A stretch of 63,034 nt of DNA, counting the filler, from Diploschistes diacapsis (lineage: Eukaryota), in assembly GCA_023645945.1 (NCBI GenBank). It is 11 parts of 11 records of this genome, joined end to end, with 100 filler letters (N's around TTAATTAATTAA, not from the genome) between each part and the next. Parts side by side here need not be neighbours in the genome. Positions count along the whole stretch, not along the records: positions 48,432 to 52,019 come from JALAIB010001887.1; positions 52,120 to 55,701 come from JALAIB010001888.1; positions 55,802 to 59,373 come from JALAIB010001889.1; positions 59,474 to 63,034 come from JALAIB010001890.1; 7 more parts are not named here. One strand, given 5' to 3'. Shown one piece after another: positions 49,701-60,753 of this stretch. Each line of letters starts with the position of its first letter. Positions within the stretch are counted from its first letter, which is position 1. Below the pieces are notes generated by a model. That model saw only the letters and a list, made by a program, of their open reading frames with translations, did not search any database and was not told where the DNA came from. A program made the position numbers and the translations under genes.

Positions 49701-50949
49701 GATTCGTTTTCCTGGTTATGGACCTTGATTCTAGATTATTTACTATTCGAGATATCGGACAACTTCTTAATCCGCTTATTAAACCCGTATGTTTCAACGA
49801 AAACGGTTTATCTTCTTAATACTAAATCTATGATCGTGATCCTAATAGATCCATCTTTTCTATAACTAGCCTATATAATAACTATAAACATATAAAGGGT
49901 TCCTAAAATAAACGATTTATTAGTGTGGTAGTCGCTGAGCTGGCTGGTGGATTGCTTGGGATTGTTGCTGGGGCAGGTAGTGCCGACCTCGCTGCCGAGG
50001 CATCATCTATGACGATAATGCTTGGCATCTACTGTATATAAGTAGATTTTGCTCTAGATTAGTTACAAATGGATATTCACTTCTTTCACTAAGTTTCTTT
50101 GCTAAAATGGTAGCAACGATCAATTGTTTGATCCTTTTGTCCTAGTATTAGTTAGTATTAGTAGAGCTTGGTTTTCTATCTAGTCCAATAGATTGGACCA
50201 GAGCTTGCTTCTAAAGCTCGGACTTTGGAAAATTTGTTTTTTTTATTATTCCCAGCCTTTTACTGTTTTTTGTTGTGAAAATTTTGTTCCTTTCCCTTTA
50301 GATGATTAGGTAATAATTAAATAGTATCGGGATCTGGTGTTTGAACATCTCGTTTATTTTTTTAGTTAGCTGTCTGATTTTGCTGTTTTATGTCGGAATA
50401 ATTAACGGTTTTAATTAGACTTCCTAAATTAAACTGATAGTAGAACTATTACGGTAGATTTACGACTGAGCTTAAATATCTAAATAGAATCGATTTGGAA
50501 AGTAGCTTTCCCTCGGTTTTATGAGATTTAGAATTGCCTATGTTATCTTTAGATAGAGAAGATAGCCCCGATATAATAATTAAGAAAGTAATAAGATTTC
50601 GATTTTATTTAGAAAATAGAAATAAAGTTTTAGATTTATAATTTTACGACGAGGCCGTATGTTGGGTTTTAAAGAATTACGAAAAGCTGTTAAATATCGA
50701 AGAATTAAGACGAGAATTTAAAGAGAAATATATCTTAAAACGGTAACGGCAGATTAGATCTAATATCTAGCTTAAATTTTCTTCGGTTCATCCAACATTC
50801 CAATCATTTTCATTAAAATGGATTGCGGATCCGACGCTTGTGTCGATAGAACTCAGAACGTTTGTAAGAGACTACAAAAGTGAGATATTAGACGAATTCC
50901 TGCCTAGAATTAGGCCTAGTTTTGGACATAAATAACAGTTATCGTAATC

Positions 50950-52019
50950 GGGAAGTACACCTAACGAGCCGGTAAATACCCAATTTTCTTAAATAATAAA
51001 GCTATCAAATCTCGCGAGAGAAAAATTAATTAAAGCAATTTTAACAGAATTATCGATACCGGTTAAAGCAGCTTCTAAAATATTTGAACCGGAAAGAAGT
51101 TCAATTTTCTCGATTGTTTAAAAAAACGAGATATCTTAAATAATAAAGTTTTTATTTATTAGACTAAAATAGAAATTAAATCATAAACGAGATAAACGCG
51201 ACAGAAGTTTAGATCGTAATCGCAATCAAGATACACGACGTTAACGAGAAGCATCTTTATCCTTTCTAATAGAGAATTTGGTAATCAATTTTAACAAACG
51301 ACAATTTAATACCAGAACGGTAGGTTACTTCGATCCAAATTAGAATATCCCCGCGATAAAAATTAAAAATAAATACAATATCTATCACGACCCTTACGCC
51401 TTTAGAGAAAAAGTTAGAACAAAGCTGGCAACGGAGTCGAATAAGTTCCTAGCTCAAAACCTTAATGCCTGCCTGCTAGGCGCCGCTAATAGATGGTATA
51501 TAGAAGAGTTGGATAAAGTCATAAGGATCGGGTTCCGCGATACCGACGTCGATACCTAATATAACAAATTAGAGGTTAGATTTCAAACTATCGTCCGGTC
51601 GCGCACTAGTTTCGCTGGAAAATCTACGATTTAAAATTACAGACATACGAAATGGTAAAGACCCGCTTAATTTCCTATCTAAATTCAAGTATTTAACGAT
51701 ACATGCGGGTATTATATCAGATAAGCGCTCGTAAGCGCTTATAACTTATTAACATCTAAATAATCAATTACGTCGAGATATACGGATATCGAAAAATAAT
51801 AAATTAAAATAAATTAATTTCTTTAACGTTATACGAGATATCAAAGAAGTTTGATCTAATATTTAGGATCTTTAATCTTATAGAAGTCGAGACGCGTAAT
51901 AATTATCTCGTCGTTAACTTCTATAATCGTTATAGAATCCGAACTAATAACGGGGACCGCTTTACCGACCTTCGATACAGTTATATATAAATTAATATAA
52001 CAGATTTAATCAGAAAATG
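50950..52019 (+). mobile_element. Retrotransposon gag-like relic
   Basis: VGYFDPN..IYHDPYAFREKV..QNLNACLLGAANRWYIEEL resembles fungal Gypsy gag. AT-rich with stops. Confidence 0.6.
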
Positions 52020-52119
52020 NNNNNNNNNNNNNNNNNNNNNNNNNNNNNNNNNNNNNNNNNNNNTTAATTAATTAANNNNNNNNNNNNNNNNNNNNNNNNN
52101 NNNNNNNNNNNNNNNNNNN

Positions 52120-52693
52120 ATATTAATACGGACATTATACTTCCGTAAATCCATAAACACGGATACTATAATTAAAATTTTTAAAACATTAATATTAATA
52201 CGGATATTATATTTCCGTAAATTCACGAACACGGACACCGTAATTAAAAAATTGAAAACACGGATATTAATACGGATATTATATTTCCGTAAATCCATTA
52301 ACACGGACACTATATTATAATAAAAACACGAAAACATTTTTTTTTAATATTTTTAAAATTATCACGCTTATTTCTTACGTTTTTATTTTTAAAAAAGTTT
52401 TTTTAAAATACGGACACGGACACGAACATTATATTATAATAAATACACGGACATGGACACCGCAATTAAAAATTTTAAAACACGGATATTAATACGAACA
52501 TTATATTTCCGTGAATTCACGGACACGGACACCGCAACTAAAAAATCTAAAACACGGATATTAACACGGATATTATATTTCCATAAATCCACGAACACGG
52601 ACACCGTAGCAAAAAATCTAAAACACTGACACTAATACTATGGTATCCGTGTTACTGACACCGGCAGTATCAGTGTCAGTGACGGCCAGCCTA
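52120..52693 (+). repeat. Tandem ACACGGACAC-containing subterminal repeats ending in TIR ACGGCCAGCCTA (one end of an hAT-like non-autonomous element)
   Basis: Degenerate ~30-37-nt units built around ACACGGAYAY. Terminal 12-mer at 52682-52693 is identical to 58849-58860. Confidence 0.7.
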
Positions 52694-53558
52694 ATTCATT
52701 TATTACACGAGTTAGTTCATTATACCAATTAATTTATTACACGGGTCAATCCATATTACACGAGTCAGTTCATTACGGTCAGTCCATTACACGAGTCAAC
52801 ATTTTATATTGTTTCGCTTAATACAGCCTTCTCTGCCTCGAATATCCTAATACCCTTGATCGATACCTCTTGTCTATCCAGTAGAAATCGAGATCATAAC
52901 ATTAGGTCTGATTATTTTAAGGCATTTTTAAAAGCATACCAGAACGCTGCCAGGCAGTAATCGATACAATTAATATATATACAACATATTAGGGAGTACT
53001 TTGTGGAGCACCCCTACTTATGTGGCGTCGACTACCGCAATGCTAACCTTTATTATTGGGGGTACTTCGTACATCCGTACCCCCATTAGCTATCTTTTAG
53101 TTGATCGAAAACTTGATAAGAAGCATTTTCAGCCCAAGTTGAAGACGCTATGAATCTTGCCGCTACCGAAATACTTGCATGAGTTACCGATACTAGAGTA
53201 TTATCTGCATGGGTAGACTCAGAACAGCAGCCAAAGAAAAAACCCTTGCTGCTTTAGGCCTCACGTCTGTGTTTAACACGACAAGTATGCGGCAGGCAAA
53301 AAGTGGTGGGACCCAATAGCTGAATCATCAGCGACCACTGCTTAAGCTGCATTGTAGCATTGAGGTAGGACATGAGTCGAATAACTCGATCTACTTGTTG
53401 ATGGCTTCCTATTGAACCCCACAAAGCTAGGACATCCAGGAGCAGTAAGCGAAAACTCACAAGAAGTAGTCGATACTAGTCTTTGAAATATCCAACTCTT
53501 GCTTGGTTTCAGTTCTCGAAGCTCGATCCGAGCACTATCCGATACTTAGACCTCTGCA

Positions 53559-55079
53559 ATGGCTCAGTCTTCCATCACCGATCGAAAGTTGAAAGTTGCC
53601 ATTTCCGGCGGTGGGCTCGCGGGCGCCACCCTTGCCAATGCGCTCGTTATGCACTCGCATATTGACGTCCAAATCTACGAATCAGCCCCTGAGTTCTCCG
53701 AGCGCGGTGCCTCTGTTGGTTTAGCTATCAACGCCCAAAATGCCCTCGGTCAAATCATCCCCGACGCTTCCGCACTCTTGGAGCGCGCCGGCGCTGTTCC
53801 AAACCACTCAGCTCGCTTCATGGTCGTAAGGTTATTCCTAATTTTTCCCCCTCTATACATCCCGCCGCAGATACTAACAGTTCCATGCTCTAGGGATCGG
53901 GCCCCAAGGCTGGCACCTTTGTCATGGATGTGGCGGCTGAGAATCCCGTAAAAGCCGTATCCCGCGCCTCGTTACTACTTGAGCTCCTCGCCCCTCTTCC
54001 CTCCTCAAGCCTTCACGCCAACAAAAAGCTTCTCTCCATCGCCCACAATGCGGACAACAACTCCGATGGCGCTGTCGAGCTCCACTTTGAGGATGGCACC
54101 ACCGTTCACGCAGACGCTCTCATCGGCGCAGACGGTATCTTCAGCATGGTGCGACGGCACGTACTCGGAGCTGAAGATCCGGCCGCACAGCCGGTCGCAG
54201 CGGGTTGGTGGGACTGTCGCGTGTTGGTGCCACTGGAAACGGCCAAGGAAAAGCTGGGAGAGCAGTGGTTCGGTGAACCGCGCCAATACGACTGGATCGG
54301 CACAGACAGCTTCATACTGCACGACATACTCAACAGCGGCGAGTCCGTGCAGTGCGTTGCCTGCTGCGTCGACAAGGAGACTTCGCCGGATCGTAAACGG
54401 CCACTGACGCGCGATATGCTCGAAAGCTCATTTAGGGAATGGCCTAGGAAGGGCAGCGTGGCGTGGAACATGATCGAGGTGGGTGCGGCAGATTTTGTTT
54501 GCATCCTTCTCATCTTCTTTTCATTCAACGTTATGAGCTCGTTTCTTCTTCGTCAATGAATTTCCAACGTGGTGTGCTCCACTCTCTCCATTTTCCTCTT
54601 TCCGTCTCCTCTAAAAGCACGCTAACCTTCTTCTCTACCCAAACCTGCAGCTCCTCCTCGAGCAAGACTCCCCTACAGGCTACGCCCAATGGGAGCACCG
54701 TGACGCCTCTACCTACGCGCGAGGCCCCGTCTGCATCATCGGCGACGCCGCCCACGCCATCACGCCGTGGCAGGGCTCCGGTGCGGCCCTGGCGATTGAG
54801 GATGCAATGGTGCTCGGCACGCTCCTCGGCGCCGTACGCAAGCCAAGCGAGCTCGAGTCAGCGCTCGCCGCCTACGACGCCGTGCGCCGGGCCCGCACGC
54901 AGCGCGTTGCCGAGAGCAGCCGCATCACGGGCAAGCTCATGACGGGGCAGCTGGTCAGCGTGGAGGACCCCGAGGGCTTGCGCGAGGCGCTCGAGGAAAG
55001 GTGGCGGTTTATTCATGAGTTCGATCTGGAGGAACATAGGCAGAAGGCACTGGAGACGCTACAGACGCGTTTAGGTTGA
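53559..55079 (+). CDS. FAD-dependent monooxygenase (salicylate hydroxylase-like), two introns
   Basis: KVAISGGGLAG, IYESAPEFSERGA, ADALIGADGIFSMVR and CIIGDAAHAITPWQGSGAALAIEDA (54730-54806) give all three group A flavoprotein monooxygenase motifs. Confidence 0.92.
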
Positions 55080-55226
55080 TATGGTTAGGGATACAGTGGG
55101 ATGACATTGCAGATGGGACAGCAGAAAGTCATGGTCGTTTTTATTTTCGAATAACACCGCCGTAAAGATCATGCGCTACTAAGCCACAACTAACCCATCT
55201 CTCCCACATACAAAACATGCGCCGGC

Positions 55227-55670
55227 TCACTTATCCCTCCTATCCACCGACGACTCAAACTCCTTCTGCACGAAAATCTTCCCCTCCGGCAATTCCGGAT
55301 GCGCCTCCAGATCGGCCATCGCATGGGCCTCGACGCCCATGGACGGGTCCTGTCCCAGCCCCTCTCTCATATCCCGATCGGTATCCTCCGGCGACGAGGA
55401 CGTCTTGACGATCTGCGCCTGCGACGATGACGATGACGCGCCGTCGTCCCGCAAGGCGGGCGCGCCTCCCCTCGGGACGGTAGCGCCCCGCGAGCGCCCC
55501 GCGGAGCGGCGCGAGGAGCCCAGCGAGTTGAGCGAGAGGGCACTGCGGATGCTGTTGATGACCGAGGCCAGCTGGCGCGTGCCGAAGAGGAAGTTCAGCG
55601 TCGGCAGGCAGGCGACGATGATGGCGACGCCGGCTTCGAGGATGGACCAGAAGAGGAAGTGGCTTACTAG
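55227..55670 (-). CDS. Last exon of a PTH11-like (fungal rhodopsin-domain) integral membrane protein
   Basis: LFWSILEAGVAIIVACLPTL (TM7 signature) followed by a Ser-rich tail. The rest is lost at the contig edge. Confidence 0.8.
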   Translation of the reverse strand, partial: LVSHFLFWSILEAGVAIIVACLPTLNFLFGTRQLASVINSIRSALSLNSLGSSRRSAGRSRGATVPRGGAPALRDDGASSSSSQAQIVKTSSSPEDTDRDMREGLGQDPSMGVEAHAMADLEAHPELPEGKIFVQKEFESSVDRRDK

Positions 55671-55801
55671 CACTAATGGGTGAGGGGAGACGTTAGTGTT
55701 GNNNNNNNNNNNNNNNNNNNNNNNNNNNNNNNNNNNNNNNNNNNNTTAATTAATTAANNNNNNNNNNNNNNNNNNNNNNNNNNNNNNNNNNNNNNNNNNN
55801 N

Positions 55802-58301
55802 ATATATTATCGAAACGTATTACCTTAAGTTGTCTATTATTTTAAAGCTTTACGTTCACCTTCCAGTGCTGCATGATACGAACGGCTTCTTTTCGGGTTC
55901 TACATAGGATAGTCCAGGTCTTACGCGAGTAGTTATCTACGATTTCCATAAAGTATTAATTGTTCTTAATGGACTTTAGAAATAAACCGTAGATATCAAT
56001 ATTTACTAGATCCAGTAAACTATGCTTATACTTAGCGAATGTATGGTTTATCTGTTACCTAACTTTGGTCAGCTAGTATATCTCATAGATATATAATATA
56101 ACTCGGATCGGATTAATAAGCGTTATTATTTCATAAAGATACTAAAGCCTTTTAAGTCCTATGTAAGCAATACGTGCATATTATAATTAATAACTGATTT
56201 TGTTTAATTAAACTTTTAAGTTTAGTTTAGATTTAGTTATTTTTGTTAGATACGTTTTTGTAATATATGCATATTCTTTTTTAATAATTTTGTTTATATA
56301 ATAGATTCTATTCTTTTTTTTGTACGTAAGAATGATCCGTCTTTCGTTATTATATAAATATAAGTTATTTTGATTAAAACTTCTTAGTAGGTTTACTTTA
56401 TATAACTTTTATTTCGATATAAGGTTCGCTTTTAACCCTAAAACATACATAACATATCCTAAATATAAAATATTACTGCCATATTTCACCCTAACCTTCC
56501 TAACGTAATCTAAATAAAGTATTCCTTCCCCGACTTTAATTCGTCGTCTTTAAATAAGAATCAATTTTTTAAACAGATGCAACTAGTTAGTCATATATGA
56601 TAAAACGCTAATATTACTAATCCATTTAATAAAAATAATCTTACTTTTAGTAATAACATCCATTATCGTATTACCAACTTTATCATCATATTTTAATTAA
56701 AGTTCAGATTCGGGTTCAGATTCAGTCGAATTATCCTTATCTTCGAAAGAGATATCTTGCTCCGCATCATAACCACGATATTTATAAATAAACTTTCAGA
56801 ATTCTTGAGCGAAAGAACATTTCGATACGCGATAATCGTCTCCATAAAAAAAATAATTGTCTGATTCAGGTTTAAATGAACGTGTCCTGCTTTGGCGGTT
56901 CGTCATAGACTTATTATTACGCGTCATTGACTAGTGTTTCGCTTGTCGTTAAAACGTTTATTATTATCGTAACGCCTATCGTTAGAATATGCAACAACCT
57001 CAATCTTTAAGCTCGCCTGCTTGTCGGATAGCTTATTCAGCCACTTATTATAATCCACGTTCTTTAAATCGACTCCTTCGATCTAAACGTCAATACCGTC
57101 AGTCAACGTGCTATAAGATAATAAAAGATTAGCCAGTAATTATTAAAAGATTAATCTAACACTGAACTTTTAATTCAGTTTAATAACATTGATTTTCTTT
57201 TAAATGCGAATTAGGTGTGCTTAAATATCCATAATTAATTAATCGTTCGAGAGTTTATACGTGATAAACTCGAGTCGTAATTATCGACATTCGCTTTTAA
57301 TAACCTTTTCGTACTTAACCTTAAAAGATATCCATTTGACGTAAGAAATATCGAGGTCCTCAATACGTTCGTAATCGACGTCGTTTATACAGAAATATAT
57401 TTAATAATTAATCTTGGCCTAATACTTTCGCCATTAATTCCTAATATATAAAAATTCAAATATTAAACTGAACTAACTGTTCGATGCTAGAATATCGGTA
57501 TTATAACTAGGCGGTACTTCGTACAACAACACGTCGTCTATTCCTTCGCTTTAAAGATAATTCTTAATTAATATAAATCATTTTTATGATTTTCCTTGCT
57601 CAGTACTGAAGCTACTCTTTTCTTACTTATAATATCTTTCATAATTATAGTTTTCATAAATAAAAAAGATTGGTATAATAAATGAATCGTAATTGATAAA
57701 TCGTTAATAAATAAAATAAAGAAGTATAAGTTTTCTATTAAAGAAGTAAAGGTAATCGAATAAGTTCAGCGAGTTTAGTTAAACTTCGATACTTATCCAG
57801 AATGGTCGAATAAGTGTAGTAATAAAACTCTACTAGATTTCGATGATTATTGAGGAAAAGGGTTTTCGGGTGTTAACTAAGTAAACCTAAACTCAGGTCC
57901 TGAACTTTGACTTGGTTCAATCAATTTAGTTTTCTTAGAGCAACGTAGTCGGTACCCGCGTTTTATTGATAAGTAATTTAACTTCTATTTTGGATCTAAT
58001 CACCCTAAAATGTTATAATCTAGATCTTAAGCTTTTAAAATCTCTTCAATTTAACCTATAATAGGTAACGTAATTGGATCCCGCAATCATAACGATAACA
58101 CCTATCCAGAAACATTACTTTCAATACATAAACGCGACGGGATAATAAACTAACCCGAACTCATAACCTTTTAAACAACGCATATATTAAAATCTAGATA
58201 TCTAGAAATCTAACTAAAAAAAATAATCTACATACAAACTCTTATACCAATAGGATCCACTAAACCCTATAAACTTACACTACTCCCGATTAGGATTAAC
58301 A
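55802..58301 (-). mobile_element. Ty1/Copia retrotransposon relic (5' LTR, PBS, gag, protease, start of integrase), RIP-degraded
   Basis: LTR-like segment ~58172-58301 starts TG on the minus strand. PBS-like GGTTATGAGTTC at 58157-58168. WISNISVLSYMT (degenerate protease), LYARIAYIG (GAG-pre-integrase), LDLVNIDIYG..YFMEIVDNYSRKTW..KVIRFDN (rve). Confidence 0.85.
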
Positions 58302-58384
58302 GGAACCCCAGTAGGTTCAACCGAACTGAACCTGAACCTGAGGTTCAGCTGAACTTCCCAGCCATGCATTCTGCCTGCCTGCTC

Positions 58385-58860
58385 AACACGTGTTTTAAAA
58401 TTTTTAACCGTAATATCCGTGTCCGTGCTTTTATTATAATATAATGTCCGTGAAAGTGTCCGTGTTTTAAAATTTTTAATCGTAGTATCCGTATTAATAG
58501 ATTTATTACAGTGTCCGTATATTCATCGAAACACTTTTAAATAATATTTATTTTTTAATATTTCTAGAATTATCACGTTTATTTTTTACGCTTTTATTTT
58601 TTTATTACGGTGAATTTATTATAATATAATATCCGTGGCAGTGTCGTGTTTTAAAAATTTTAGCGGTAATGTCCGTGGAAGTATTCGTGTTTTAAATTTT
58701 TTAGCCGTAATGTCCGTGTCCGTGCTTTTACTATAATGTAGTGTCCGTGGAAGTGTCCGTGTTTTAAAATTTTAGCGGTAGTGTCCGTGGCAGTGTCGTG
58801 TTTTAAAAATTTTCTCGGTAGTGTCCGTGGAAGTGTCCGTGGCACGAAACGGCCAGCCTA
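58385..58860 (-). repeat. Opposite end of the ACACGGACAC tandem-repeat hAT-like element
   Basis: GTGTCCGTG(T/G) units (reverse complement of the 52120 array) run up to ACGGCCAGCCTA at 58849-58860. Confidence 0.7.
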
Positions 58861-59131
58861 CGTATAAGGTACGATACGGATAAGATTAACGAAAGTCGTA
58901 ACTTCGTGTAGGTTCTGAAGCTTCTTGGGTCCCATATAGACCATACGTGCGTGTTATAGCTAATAACTGTTTTTATTAAATTAAAGTTTTAGATTTAATT
59001 TAGGTTCAGGTTTAGCTATTAAATACGCAATTATTTTATACGTATATTCTTCTTTTACAACCTTGCTCGAGTAATAGATTCCATTCTTTTTCTTATATAT
59101 AAGAATAATCCGACCGTTTTCGTCGTATAGA

Positions 59132-59373
59132 TGTTATGATCTCTATCTATACAAGGTATACACGAGTAGGATCAAGGTGGGTTTGGTCTCTGTTAGAAAA
59201 GGAATATGGCAGGAGAAGAAGATAGAACAGTCATAAGTCTTAGACTGTCTCTAGAAAGAAGGCTCTCTAATAATAAAAATAACGAATATAAATTAATCTC
59301 GAGCAATAATTAAAGATATTTATAAAAATAAACATGTTTTAAATTCATAAAGGCCATAACGACGTTCTTATAT
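59132..59373 (+). repeat. LTR-like repeat copy 2, abutting a second Copia fragment (58861-59131)
   Basis: Matches the copies at 43864 and 60437. The preceding 59080-59131 resembles 56305-56355 of the Copia relic. Confidence 0.75.
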
Positions 59374-60436
59374 NNNNNNNNNNNNNNNNNNNNNNNNNNN
59401 NNNNNNNNNNNNNNNNNTTAATTAATTAANNNNNNNNNNNNNNNNNNNNNNNNNNNNNNNNNNNNNNNNNNNNTTATTATTAAAATCGTTAAATCTTTCG
59501 TTCGTTTTATTAATTCGTCTTCTTTACGATTACCACGTAGATACGAACTAATTTTATTAATTTAATTAATTCATCTTTAATTCGTTAATAAATTTCCTTT
59601 ATTCGTTTTTACGATTTCAAATTCATCACATTCTCGATAACTATATTTTAGTTAACCGATTCTTTCGTTAGGTTTTTAAATAAGAATCTTCTTCGTAAGT
59701 TAATATTATCACGGGGGTTTAACTGGACTCGTCCCGGTATTAATTTTTCGCTAATATTAAATCTTTCGAAAGTTTTTGGTATTAGTAACTATTATAACGC
59801 GGGATACCTTATGAATTATTTTTTAACTAATAATTCATTTATTGAATCGTATTTTTCAACCGATGGCATCTCGATTAATTCTTCAAAAAACGGAGATATT
59901 ATCGATTCTCTTCTTCTCTTTTAATCCTTTTTACCAACGAAAGCCATTATTTATAATAAACCGGCGAATAATATTTTCGAATTCCGGTTATTATAAATTC
60001 ATTCGAATACTTGATTCGATTGATGTTTTAAACTCTCGTCACGAGTATAAAAATAAAATGAGCTTTTCGAATATAAAACGCCAGCGCAGGAATGGAATAT
60101 TACACTACCGAAAACTAGACCTGATCCGGAAGGATTACGTGTAACTAGGCATCTGCAGGTAAAAGGTCTCGATTCGAAAAGCTAGAAAGGAAACTATCTA
60201 GATGGGAGGGTGGTAGGAATAAATAGTGTGTGGGTGCCAGCCCTACGGGGTTCGGGTTCTACCCGCCTACACAGCCACCCCCTAACGTCCTTGGCACGGT
60301 TGGTACCCGTCATGTGACCCTGCCGTCACGTGACCCCGGTGGCCCGGCACACCTGGGCTGATCTGTCTCACGAAGTTTATATTTATCTAATCGTCGAAAT
60401 ATTTTTTTAATTTTTTATCGATAATCCTCGAATATT

Positions 60437-60704
60437 TGTTATGATCTCTATCTATACAAGGTATACACAAGTAGAGTCAAGGTGGGTTTGGTCTCTGTTA
60501 GAAGAGGAGTGCAAGCAGGAGAAGGTAGAATAGTTATAGATCTTAAACTATTTCTGGAAAGAAGGCTCTCTAAGGATAAAAATAACGAATATAAATTGAT
60601 CCCGAATAATAATTAAGAATATCTATAAAAATAAACACGTTTTAAATTTATAAAAATTATAACGACGTTCTTATATAATTTAGAATAATAATTAATTATT
60701 AACA
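60437..60704 (+). repeat. LTR-like repeat copy 3 (TG...CA, ~268 nt, probable solo LTR)
   Basis: Starts TGTTATGATC and ends TTATTAACA. No clean TSD seen. Confidence 0.7.
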
Positions 60705-60753
60705 ATAGAACTATCGTAATAAAATTATTATCGATAAATATTTATCCCGATAG

